Source of the DNA: Octopus sinensis
Taxonomy: Eukaryota
NCBI RefSeq assembly: GCF_006345805.1
Contig: NW_021832068.1
Location: forward strand, 1 to 34,389
DNA: 34,389 nucleotides
Reading direction: 5' to 3'
Position 1 is the first letter of the stretch. Every line of letters begins with the position of its first letter. Positions 20,974-34,389 of this stretch are shown piece by piece. Made by a program: the position numbers and the translations under genes. A model generated the notes under the pieces. That model had not been told where the DNA came from, did not search any database, and was given only the letters and a program-made list of their open reading frames with translations.

Positions 20974-21745
20974 TAATAATAATAATAATCCTTTCTACTA
21001 TAGGTACAAGGTCTGAAATGTTAAGGGAGGGGTTAAATCGATTACATCGATCCCAGTATTCAACTGGTACTTATTTTATCGACCCCGAAAGGATGAAAGG
21101 CAAAGTCGACCTCGGCGGAATTTGAACTCAGAACGTAGCGGCAGACGAAATACCTATTTCTTTACTACCCACAAGGGGCTAAACACAGAGGGTACAAACA
21201 AGGACAAATTCCGCCGAGGTCGACTTTGCCTTTCATCCTTTTGGGGTCGATTAAATAAGTACCAGTTACGCACTGGGGTCGATATAATCGACTTAATCCG
21301 TTTTTCTGTCCTTGTTTGTCCTCTCTGTGTTTAGCCCCTTGTGGGTAGTAAAGAGATAGGTATTTCGTCTGTCTTTATGTTCTGAGTTCAAATTCCGCCG
21401 AGGTCGACTTTGCCTTTCATCCTTTCGGGGGTCGATAAATTAAGTACCAGTTATGCACTGGCGTCAATCTAATCGACTTAATTCCTTTGTCTGCCTTTGT
21501 TTGTCCCCTCTATTTTTCGCCCCTTGAGGGCAATAAAGAAATAAGGAACGTTGGCACGCCGGGCGAAATAGCTGTATATCGTCTGTTTTTACATTCCGAG
21601 TTCAAATCCCGCCGAGGCCGACTTTGCCTTCATTCTTTCAGGGTCGATAAATTAAGTACCAGTTGCGTACTGGGTTCGATCTAACCGACTGGTTCTCCTA
21701 CCTCAAAAATTCCGGGCCTTGTGCCTAGAGTAGAAAAGAATACTG
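20921..21745. mobile_element. Family B SINE fold-back array (4 core units)
   Basis: Minus arm 20921-21205 (tail 2 with (ATT)n, core, junction 21154/5, truncated tail 3); plus arm 21206-21745 (core-tail 3-core-tail 3-head-core-tail 2). Confidence 0.85.
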
Positions 21746-21769
21746 ATTATAGTGAGTGAGATTATCATC

Positions 21770-21843
21770 AAGGAAAATGATGAGGAACATGACGACGGCA
21801 ATGATGACAATGCTGCTGCTGCTGATGATGATGATGATGACGT

Positions 21844-21877
<34 letters not shown>

Positions 21878-21921
21878 GGTGATGATGATGATGATGATGA
21901 TGAAGATGATGATGCTGATGA

Positions 21922-21955
<34 letters not shown>

Positions 21956-21957
21956 GG

Positions 21958-21996
<39 letters not shown>

Positions 21997-22071
21997 GGGT
22001 GATGACGATGATGACGATGATGATGATGATGATAATGATGATGGTGGTGGTGGTGGTGGTGGTGTTGATGA

Positions 22072-22105
<34 letters not shown>

Positions 22106-22179
22106 GGTGATGATGATGATGATGATGATGATGATGCTGATGATGATGCTGATGATGATGCTGATGATGATGCTGATGC

Positions 22180-22232
<53 letters not shown>

Positions 22233-22382
22233 GTGATGATAACGATGATGATGATGATGATGAAGATGATGACGATGATGATGACGATGATGATGATGGT
22301 GGTGATGACGATGATGATGATGATGATGATGATGGTGACGATGACGATGATGACGACGATGAGGATGATGATGATGACGATG
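21770..22382. repeat. Compound triplet microsatellite (GAT)n with (GGT)n and (GCT)n blocks
   Basis: About 610 bp of triplets, which opens ORFs in five of the six frames. Confidence 0.95.
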
Positions 22383-23073
22383 TAGAGCAAAAAAGTGTAG
22401 CGAGCAGAAAACAACGACGCGAAAGAAAGAAACCGCCATTTATCAACCCCACCCCCCGCTAACCCCCACCCTACCCGGGCCACAATCGCACGCAAAAAAA
22501 AAACCCGAAAAAAAAAACAACACAACACCGAATTATGGTGCCATAAAACTCCATTCCTACTCAATTCTCGACACTTAAAAACCTCACACTTATCTCACTT
22601 TATATTCCTATCTTCGCATTTACCAAAGACATCTTCACCAAAATAAAAGAGTGGTTTCTCTATGTCTCTATATCTATGCGTGCGCACACACACACAAACA
22701 CACACTTATACGCACACACACACACACACATGCTAAGATGTCAGTTAGATTCCATAACAGGTTTCCCTTGCAGATCTTGATTTCTCAGAAAGATATTTTT
22801 TTTTCACATTTCTACTCACCTGTTATAGATATGTGTATATATATACATACATATATGTGGGTGTGGGTGCGTATATTTTCTTTGCTATATATTGTGTATA
22901 TATGTGAATGCCCGTGTGCCTGTACGTGTTTCGAATATGTGATGCATGTATGTGTGCATGTATGAACTCGTGATGAATGATAGAATACATATATATATTA
23001 TATATATATATATATATTTACACATTCATACATTTATGCACTCATACACACGCACACACATATACATGCATAC

Positions 23074-23170
<97 letters not shown>

Positions 23171-23265
23171 TAGATAGGGAATTATTTGTCTGTAGATGAA
23201 TGTGTATATATTTATTACACCACGCATATCTTTACACTTATTTAGATGTTTCCTTTTTCTTCACT

Positions 23266-23313
<48 letters not shown>

Positions 23314-23371
23314 AGAGAGAGGGTGAGTGAGTGAGAGAGACAGACATATATATAATATATATATATATTAT

Positions 23372-23587
23372 GGAGATGTACTTGCATAGCATAGCAAGTG
23401 ACTTGATCTGAGGTCGTGTGCTGAAACAAAAACAATTGCAACGTGGAAGATATTTATAAGCGATTTGAGAACGCACAAAAAAAACCGTTAGACTTTACTT
23501 CAACTTTTAAATTTAGATTTAATTTGCATCAAAATATTTTCCTCGCCTTGAAACCCCGACCTGTTCACTGACAAAACTTCGTGCTGC
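23372..23587 (-). mobile_element. Family E dispersed repeat, copy 2
   Basis: Matches 11802-12003; begins at a (TA)n tract. Confidence 0.75.
23523..23576 (-). ncRNA. Decayed second copy of the G3-C8 hammerhead-like motif
   Basis: Minus strand TTTTGTCA-GTGAACA-G-GTCGG...GCGAG-GAA-AATATT-T-TGATGCAAA: core and palindrome kept, stems I and II damaged. Confidence 0.55.
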
Positions 23588-23796
23588 ATCTGAGGAAGTA
23601 ACAGTTAGTTCATGATTATCTATGTATGTATGTATGTACGTATGTATGTATGTATGTATGTATGTATGTATGTATGTATGTATGTATGTATGTATGTATG
23701 TGTGTGTGTATGTATGTTTGTAGTATGTATATATATGTATATATATATATACGTATATATATATGTCTATATATATGTATTTATATATATACTACT

Positions 23797-23858
<62 letters not shown>

Positions 23859-23891
23859 TATATCTATATAACATATATATACACACACAGA

Positions 23892-24439
23892 GTAGCTTCT
23901 TCGTTGGTGGGCAATTTTTACAATAGAATGTCTTATATAAATTTTTGCTTATTTCATGTCAGACCATGCCTTTTCTGATAGATAGGCCTCTTGATCAGGA
24001 CAGGTTTGTGCACTTTTTCGTAAAAAAAACTTCATTGAGGATTTTTTTTTTTCATTCTAAATTATTTACATGTGTGTTCGACAGTTTCACATGACTTTAT
24101 TCATTAGAAATTATTAAAACTTCAGAAGTCCTTACAACTTTGGTCGTCGTAATGCTTTGCTTTCGTTTGTTTAATAAAAAAATTCCTCCTCGTAATGTTT
24201 TGCTTTCATTTCGTAATAGCCAGCTACCATGCAGAAAATGCCAGCTTTCAAATACTGTTTTCTGTTTAGGTAAAATTGATTAAATATTATAACTCCGTAA
24301 TATTTTTCTGCAATTTTTCTGGAACAAATAAATGACAAAGTCGGCTTTAACGTGAAAAATTATTTCAATATACTAAATTTGAAAATTTTTTTATGTAATT
24401 TCAAATTTTTACATTATGTGACAGCAACAGGAAAGACCA
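23892..24439 (-). mobile_element. Non-autonomous Helitron-like element, copy 1
   Basis: Reverse-complement match to 25809-26324; 3' hairpin degenerate. Confidence 0.5.
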
Positions 24440-24777
24440 GGTGAATTATAGGTTAATTGGATATCAATAAAAGTCCATAATGGGCCCCCTATCAGAGTGG
24501 TTCTTTTCCCAGTATTATCAGTTAATTCATTTATTTTAATCGGTTGTACTATTATTTGGTAAAATGAGAAGGGTGCAAGAGTGTTAGTGTGAGGGGAAAT
24601 GTAGTGACATGGTGAGTTTGGCTGATACCAGGGAAGGAGAGAACAAAGTTGTGCAAACGGCAAGTATGGAGTGGCAGTGGGTTCGTAACGTTAATAAACC
24701 TGTCATTCAGGGATATACACGCGACGCTGCATACATACTTTCGTAAATACATAGATACATACATATACACACACAAT

Positions 24778-24810
<33 letters not shown>

Positions 24811-24981
24811 CAGACACATGCACATAAGCATAAGTAATTTTTAAAACGCTGCGGAAGAGAAAGAAAGGTGGGTGTAAGAAAATACGTAGCTTTAAGGAGA
24901 GATAGAGTAAGTTGCCAACAATTGTTCACAGGTGGCCTGCCCATCGCAAAGAATAACTCCCACACAGACGCACAGATATAC

Positions 24982-25037
<56 letters not shown>

Positions 25038-25059
25038 ATATATATAAAGTATAGAAGCC

Positions 25060-25340
25060 ATCTTATCATGGCTAACCACATTGGGGAGGGGTGGTGTTAC
25101 TGTAGCTTTATAGCCCCAAGAGATCGTCTCGTCTCTAGCCGGCTTTAGACACCATATCAGTGCCCTTAGAGTATTTGCAACGGGAGCCATCCCTTCCTGA
25201 GTGGTACGCTGCGGATAGTTCGGGATTTTTGTCCCTTGTCAACGGGCGGTAACCACCAGTTCGCGATGAAAGTGAGGTGCTTTGCAAATATATAAGTTTT
25301 TCTAGTGGCGTCAGCACTGATGTCGAAAAACGACAGTAAG
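25060..25340. other. Unclassified GC-richer segment between (TA)n tracts, probable TE fragment
   Basis: Composition contrasts with flanks; hairpin AGCCAT(CTTATC)ATGGCT; no recognisable ORF. Confidence 0.3.
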
Positions 25341-25349
25341 CATACGTAT

Positions 25350-25396
<47 letters not shown>

Positions 25397-25451
25397 ATAT
25401 AATTAATAATATATATATAATATATATATATATATTTATATATATATATAT

Positions 25452-25678
25452 ATTTTCTTTACTACCCACAAGGGGCTAACACAGAGGAGAACACGGACAG
25501 GCAAAGGGATTAAGTCGATTACATCGACCCCGGTGCGTAACTGGTACTTAATTTATCGACCCCGGAAGGATGAAAGGCAAAGTCGACCTCGGCGGAATTT
25601 GAACTCGGAACGTAACGGCAGACGAAATACGGCAACGCATTTCGCCCGGCGTGCTAACGTTTCTGCCAGCTCGCCGCC
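25452..25678 (-). mobile_element. Family B SINE monomer, full head, tail type 3
   Basis: GGCGGCGAGCTGGCAGAAACGTTAGC head, GAGTTCAAATTCC B box, tail ending GGGTAGTAAAGAAAATA. Confidence 0.92.
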
Positions 25679-25808
25679 TTAACATACATACATACATACA
25701 TACTACATACATACATACATATGTCTACTATACCCCATTTTAAACTCGTGATTACTTGTGTGTGTGTGTGTGTCACGTCTTACAACTGTCTGTCTCTCTA
25801 CTTTTGTA

Positions 25809-26324
25809 TGGTCTTCCCTGTTGCTGTCACATATTGTGAAATTTCAAAATAACATAAAAATTTCAAATTTGGTATATTGAAATAATTTTCCATATTAAAT
25901 CCAATTTTGTCATTTATTTGTTCCAGAAAAGATGTAGAAAATGTTACTGAGGTTTAAAGTTTAATCTATTTTACCTAATCAGAAAACAAGATTTGAAAGC
26001 TGGCATTTCCTGCATGATAGCTGTCTATCACTAAATGAAAGCAAAATCATTACGCGGAGGAATTTTTATTAAACAGACGAAAGCAAGGCATTACGACGAC
26101 CAAAGTTTTAACGAGTTAGTTTTGATGAATAAAGTCATGTGAAACGATCGAACAGACATGTAAATAATTTAAAATGCGAAAAAAATATCGTGAATGGTGA
26201 TTTTTTGCAAAAAATTGCATAAATCTATCCTGATCAAGAGGTGTATCTATCAGGGAATAAAAAAATAATTATACAAGACATTCTATTGTAAAATTTGCCC
26301 AGCAACGACGGGCTATTCAGCTAG
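25809..26324 (+). mobile_element. Non-autonomous Helitron-like element, copy 2
   Basis: Subterminal hairpin GCCC(AGCAACGAC)GGGC at 26297-26313, then CTAG at 26321-26324 followed by T, the canonical Helitron 3' end. 5' TC end not defined. Confidence 0.6.
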
Positions 26325-26342
26325 TATTTTTATATAGGGGAA

Positions 26343-26490
26343 GGCGGCGAAATGGCAGAATCGTTAGGACGCCAGGCAATATGCTAAGCAGCATTTCGTC
26401 CTTAAGTTCAGAGTTCAAATACCGCCGAGGTCGACTTTGTCTTTTATCCCTTCAGGGTCGATAGAAAATAAAGACCACTTGATCACTGAA
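26343..26490 (+). mobile_element. Degenerate family B SINE
   Basis: GGCGGCGAAATGGCAGAATCGTTAGG head, B box and core. Confidence 0.75.
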
Positions 26491-26524
26491 CTGTATTTCT
26501 ACCAATCAGTATGTGGCTTACATA

Positions 26525-29050
<2,526 letters not shown>

Positions 29051-29314
29051 TAGACGTCTTTACATCACAGTAATTATCAGTCTATTTTTGTATCCATCTT
29101 CGCGTCTATCTGTTTGTCTGTCTGTCTATTTCCCCTCTCTCTCGTTCCTTGTATGTATGTGTCTGTGTGTATGTGTGCGACTGCGTACTCTTTGCTGGCT
29201 GAGAGACCAGAGGGAAACCAATGGATGTAGCTGGTGACTTTGCTGTCTAAAAATAGGAATATCATGAGGTCCCTGGTGTTCTTTGCCTGGCTCCTTGTGC
29301 TACCCAAAAAAAAA

Positions 29315-29536
29315 GAGTTCAATTTCTGCCGAGGTCGACTTTGCCTTTCATCCTTTCGGGGTCGATTAAAATAGTATCAGTTACGCACTGGGGTCGATGT
29401 AATCGACTGAATCCGTTTGTCTGTCCTTGTTTTTCCTCTCTGTTCTCTGTGTTTAGCCCTTTGTGGGTAGTAAAGAAATAGGTATTTCGTCTGCCACTAC
29501 GTTCTGAGTTCAAATTCCGCCGAGGTCGACTTTGCC
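29315..29536 (+). mobile_element. Family B SINE truncated dimer
   Basis: Core, tail 3, junction at 29480/29481, then a partial second core. Confidence 0.85.
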
Positions 29537-30160
29537 TAGCATGTCAAACAACCATTTAGAGGTTTCCCGTTGACTCATTCAAAAACTTTATTTTAAGAAA
29601 TTGTGTAAGCACAACCGATGTTTATTCTATCATAAAAATAATGATAATAATAATAATAAACATTACGTTTGCTATACTTCCCAGCAAATGCAAAAATGAT
29701 TACCGTATGAAAAACTAAATTGAAAAATAATCCAGGATAGAAAGCGAACATTATGTTATTATACAAATTAAATAAAGTACGAATAATAGCAAACAGCCAT
29801 TTTCTAAAAAAAATAATCAAAACAAACAAACAAAATTGGATAAAATAACATTTAAGAAACAGAAAGCGAAATTCAATTTAACAAAATTAAAGATTTCAGA
29901 ATAACCACAGCGAAAATTTTGTGAAGAACTTAATTGAAAACGACGCAATTTTCGGATATTTTATTTAGAAGAAAGAAAGTGATGTAGAGTATATAAGAAC
30001 CTAAATATTAGTAAATGAGAAAGAAATTGTGATTATGGATGTGTTTAAGATGGATTGGAACGATAAGGGGAGGAGGAATAGTGCTGGTGAAGGAAAAGGA
30101 TGATGAGGGGAAATATTTATGATAATTATCGATAAGTTTCTGCTAAGCTGATAGGGTCTC

Positions 30161-30578
30161 TCTTTTACTCTCTTTTACTCTTTTACTTGTTTCAGTCATT
30201 TGACTGCGGCCATGTTGGAGCACCGCCTTTAATCGAGCAACTCGACCCCGGGACTTATTCTTTTGTAAGCAGCCTAGAACTTATTCTATCGGTCTCTTTT
30301 GCCGAACCGCTAAGTGACGGGGACATAAACACACCGGCATCGGTTGTCAAGCAATGCTAGGGGGACAAACACAGACACACAAACACACACACGCATACAT
30401 ATATATACATATATACGACGGGCTTCTTTCAGTTTCCGTCTACCAAATCCACTCACAAAGCATTGGTTGGCCCGAGGCTATAGCAGAAGACACTTGCCCA
30501 AGGTGCCACGCAGTGGGACTGAACCCGGAACCATGTGGTTGGTAAACAAGCTACTTACCACACAGCCACTCCTGCGCC
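30161..30578 (-). mobile_element. Full-length family C SINE
   Basis: A box TGGCTGTGTGG, B box GGTTCAGTCCC, internal microsatellite, tail with (GAGTAAAAGA)n. Confidence 0.92.
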
Positions 30579-31472
30579 TATTTGTCTGTTTGTCTGTTTG
30601 TTTTGTTTTGTTTTTTTTGGTTTTTTGGTTTTTTGTCATAGTGACAGAAACTATGCTTCAATACACACATTATCGAAATTTTAGTCGGTGTACCGCCAAA
30701 TGATGAGACCGTGTCGTCAGCAGCGGTGGTGCAAAACGCCGACAAATCTCTGTAATAAAATCATCAGAACTTTTCCTATTTCCGTATATTCCGCAAGTAT
30801 CTCAAAGGTTCCAGTGAAATTAAATTAATGGCAAAGAGTATACATACATTATAAACTGAGGAAGTAGTACAGGAATGACTTCATCGCAAATAAAACGCTA
30901 TACATAACATATTTGGTTTGCTCACCAAATATTACAGACCCAATATGAAAGCCGAAATTTCAATCTGTTTATACTTTCTGAGTTATGTATGCTGTTGCAA
31001 ATGACTGAATAGAGTGTCGGTTCAGTTGTTAAAAATGAAATTCAGGAATGTCTTTTACTGAATTAGAAAACTAGTGGATCGTGCCTTTTTAATTGTACTA
31101 AGAGCTAGAGTATTAATGTTCAAACCTAAAGAGTGAAGGGAGTGGTCGGATCGGTTCTCGGATTCTTCAGTGGCATCATTAGGGAAATAGGGTTTATAGT
31201 TATGTATTTAACTAAGAATATTGTCGGTGATAGATAGTTGAAGGAAATAACATTGTATAATGATCATCGTTAATGACTGATAATGGATGCTCATTTGCAG
31301 GTGATTTCTACAATCCGTCTTATGGTCAGTGACAAACAGTTGGTGATTACTGTTGCATTTAGAAAAAAATAGTAGGGTATCAAACTTCTCCATTGGATAT
31401 CTGTACTGTTCATCCGATGCTTAACAATGGCTGAAGGTCGATGGCTTAAAATAGATGACCTAGTTCTATAAT

Positions 31473-31861
31473 GGATGGAAGTACTCCGTCGGTTACGACG
31501 ATGAGGGTTCCGGTTGATCCGAATCAACGGAACAGCCTGCTCGTGAAATTAACGTGTAAGTGACTGAGCACTCCACAGACACGTGCACCCTTAACGTAGT
31601 TCCTAGGGATATTCAGCGTGACACAGAGAGTGACAAGGCCGGCCCCTTGAAATACAGGTACAACAGAAACAGGAAGTAAGAGTGAGAGAAAGTTGTGGTG
31701 AAAGAGTACAGCAGGGATCACCACCATCCCCTGCCGGAGCCTCGTGGAGCTTTTAGGTGTTTTCGCTCAATAAACACTCACAACGCCCGGTGTGGGAATC
31801 GAAACCGCGATCCTATGACCGCGAGTCCGCTGCTTTAACCACTGGGCCATTGTGCCTCCAC
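31473..31861 (-). mobile_element. Family A1 SINE with 11-bp target-site duplication
   Basis: AGTTCTATAAT at 31462-31472 and 31862-31872. Confidence 0.93.
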
Positions 31862-32639
31862 AGTTCTATAATAATTCCACCCTTCTCTTTTTCATTTTCT
31901 TTGGCAAAGAATATTTGATAATACTACTTCAAACTACAGTAGATCGTTTCTGAGTGAAGATACCACCAAACTAAGAAATATGCGCATCCCATCACGAACA
32001 ACAGCAAACATGAAATTAGAAAAATATTTGGTTTAATCGTCCCCATATTTTGAAACTGTCCATCAATGTAACAAGGACCTTCTTTACATGAATCAGCAGG
32101 GTTTCCTTACGTAAAGCAGAACGTTTACGCCTCACACATCATCACAGAGTTTTCAAAAAAAATTACAACCCGTTGTGCAAATAACATAGAAACACAAGTG
32201 TAGAAGCATGAGACAAACAACCCGAACTGAACATTGCTGCACAGATACAGTTAGGTTCACAGTGCAGCTGTCATGAAACTGCGACACAGACTTAGCTTGG
32301 GGAATTATTTTACTGATGGAGAATATGCTGATATCAGCTTTGGTTGGATAAATAAGCCTGAATGCTAGGTTTTAGGCAAAATTTTGCATATGGTCTTTAA
32401 GTGTAAAGTATGGCTATTACAACACATAATGTTCAGCTCCCAAATTATTTCCTATATATTTTTGCTTCGCCGTGAATATTATGTAAAAAATTTAAGATAG
32501 TTTAGACGATCGTTTTCATAGTTTTAACCTAGTGTATCAAGTTTTCATTTTTTAACCCAACAGCTTCTGAATTTATTTCTGAAATCTTTCTGAAATTATT
32601 CCATGCTCTTTTTTTTTTTTGCGATTTCTTATATTGATT

Positions 32640-32745
32640 TCAAATTTGGTCACAAAACCAACAGTTTCGAGGGAAAAGGTTAAGTTGATTACACCAAACC
32701 CAGTGTTCAAAACTGGTACTTATTTTATCGATCCCGAAAGGGTTT
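32640..32745 (-). mobile_element. Family B SINE fragment, tail type 1
   Basis: Degenerate tail plus ACTGGTACTTATTTTATCGATCCCGAAAGG. Confidence 0.65.
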
Positions 32746-32924
32746 GTGATTTCTAATACTAGAAGTAAATCGTGTTTCAAATTATCATAACGTTTTATTC
32801 GAAGGAGGAGGACATTACTAAAAAGCCTAATTTTATTTTTCAATTTCAGTATCTTTCTCCAAATACACGGCTTTCTGTCGTAATCTTTCCGTAAAGCGAG
32901 CAGTTTTCATTAATGAATGTCCCA

Positions 32925-33218
32925 GCAGGGGTGGCTGTGTGGTAAGTAGCTTGTCTACCAACCACATGGTTCCGGGTTCAGTTCCACTGCGTGGTATATA
33001 TGCGTGTGTTTGTGTTCTGTGTTTGCCCCTAGCATTGCTTGACAACCGATGCTGGTGTGTTTATGTCCCCGTCACTTAGCGGTTCGGCAAAAGAGACCGA
33101 TAGAACAAGTACTAGGCTTACAAAAGAATAAGTCCCGGGGTCGAGTTGCTCGATTAAAGGCGGTGCTCCAGCATGGCCGCAGTCAAATGACTGAAACAAG
33201 TAAGAGAGTAAAAGAGAG
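32925..33218 (+). mobile_element. Family C SINE with internal deletion
   Basis: Head joined at CCACTGCGTGG directly to the microsatellite remnant; intact tail. Confidence 0.88.
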
Positions 33219-33469
33219 AGCCAGTATTTGTGAGATAGAACTGCAATATTTTCCGCTGATAAATCAATATGGTGTTTATGTATACTTGAAACCTAAATTG
33301 CGTATGCATCAGCAGTATTGCAAGCCAAACAGACCTCGACAAGGAAGAGCATGTTCATTTTGTGATTTTTACAATCAGAGACAAACAACACAATGTGTAA
33401 ACGATTCAATGCTGGAAGCAACGCAAAATTAGTAATTTAAATTAAGTTGAAAAAGTATTTTTATGGTCA

Positions 33470-34060
33470 TATATGTGTATGTGTGCATTATATATACGTG
33501 TATATGCATGATACCTATGTATGTAGGTGTGTATGTATATATGTGTGTATGTATGTATGTATGTATGTATGTATGTATGTATGTATGTATGTATGTATGT
33601 ATGTATGTATGTATGCATGTATGTATGTATGTATGTATTTATGTATGTATGTATGTATGTATGTATGTATGCATGTATGTATGTATGTATGTATGTATGT
33701 ATGTATGCATGTATGTATGTATGTATGTATGTATGTATGTATGTATGCATGTATGTATGCATGTATGTATGTATGTATGCATGTATGTATGTATGTATGT
33801 ATGTATGTATGTATGTATGTATGTATGTATGTATGTATGTATGTATGTATGTATGTATGTATGTCCGTATGTATGCATGTATGTATGCATGTATGTATGT
33901 ATGCATGTATGTATGTATGTATGTATGTATGTCCGTATGTATGCATGTATGTATGCATGTATGTATGTATGCATGTATGTATGTATGTATGTATGTATGT
34001 ATGTATGTATGTATGTATGTATGTATGTATGTATGTATGTATGTGTCTGTATATGTGAGT
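33470..34060. repeat. (ATGT)n tetranucleotide microsatellite, about 590 bp
   Basis: Direct reading, with ATGC and GTCC variant units. Confidence 0.97.
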
Positions 34061-34389
34061 GTGTCCATATCGATAGATAGAGTGAACGATTGAGTGACTG
34101 ATTGATTGATAAATGGATAGGTGAATGGATGGATTGACAGACAAACAGACAGACAGTGAGTGAATGAGTGAGAGAGAGAGAGAGATGTCTCTATTTGTTG
34201 AAATAATTATGAACGCTTGTATGAATACATCTATGAAGTATGCAAGACGCAATGAGAGAAAGCCGGAGAGAAAGAGAGAGAAAGAGAAAGAGAGCGAGAA
34301 AGAGATTCAGATAGAGAGAGAGATATATAATGAGAGAGAGAAAGAGAGAGAGACACAAAGAAATCTATCGATTGGCCGTTAGTACGAAT

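Noticed and set aside
22770-22830. Strong-looking splice signals (TTTCCCTTGCAG on +, CAG|GTGAGT on -)
   Set aside because: Adjacent sequence is low-complexity and no coherent exon could be built.
29264-29374. ORF MRSLVFFAWLLVLPKKKEFNFCRGRLCLSSFRGRLK with a signal-peptide-like start
   Set aside because: Only about 14 hydrophobic codons before it runs into a SINE; no good donor site; easily a chance occurrence.
30702-30770. ATGATGA as a C/D snoRNA box C
   Set aside because: No matching CTGA D box or terminal stem at a suitable distance.
31290-31335. Possible terminal exon GDFYNPSYGQ* after TCATTTGCAG
   Set aside because: Too short to distinguish from chance, and no upstream exon is identifiable.

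Overview
AT-rich, microsatellite-dense non-coding eukaryotic DNA. The SINE repertoire and the density of (TA)n/(ATGT)n/(GATA)n tracts strongly suggest an octopus genome (inference). No host protein-coding exon could be supported, and nearly all ORF-track entries are microsatellite or SINE read-through. The window is a layered collection of mobile elements. It holds about 30 tRNA-derived SINE copies or fragments built from interchangeable head, core and tail modules, plus 3' ends of four LINE families (two CR1/L2-group, one RTE, one RLE-type) and a probable RTE 5' UTR. It also holds a MULE-like transposase C-terminus, an inverted pair of Helitron-like elements, and several (TA)n-flanked segments that look like Penelope-like element ends. 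Highlights: (1) at least six minimal type-I hammerhead-like motifs, including a two-copy family whose core reads GUGAACA, a G3-C8 swap of the C3-G8 tertiary pair, and another with U at position 6; (2) SINE multimers joined at the same nucleotide junction at independent loci; (3) two LINE-SINE tail partnerships, one with a covarying hairpin. All calls are by eye. No database search or folding program was run.
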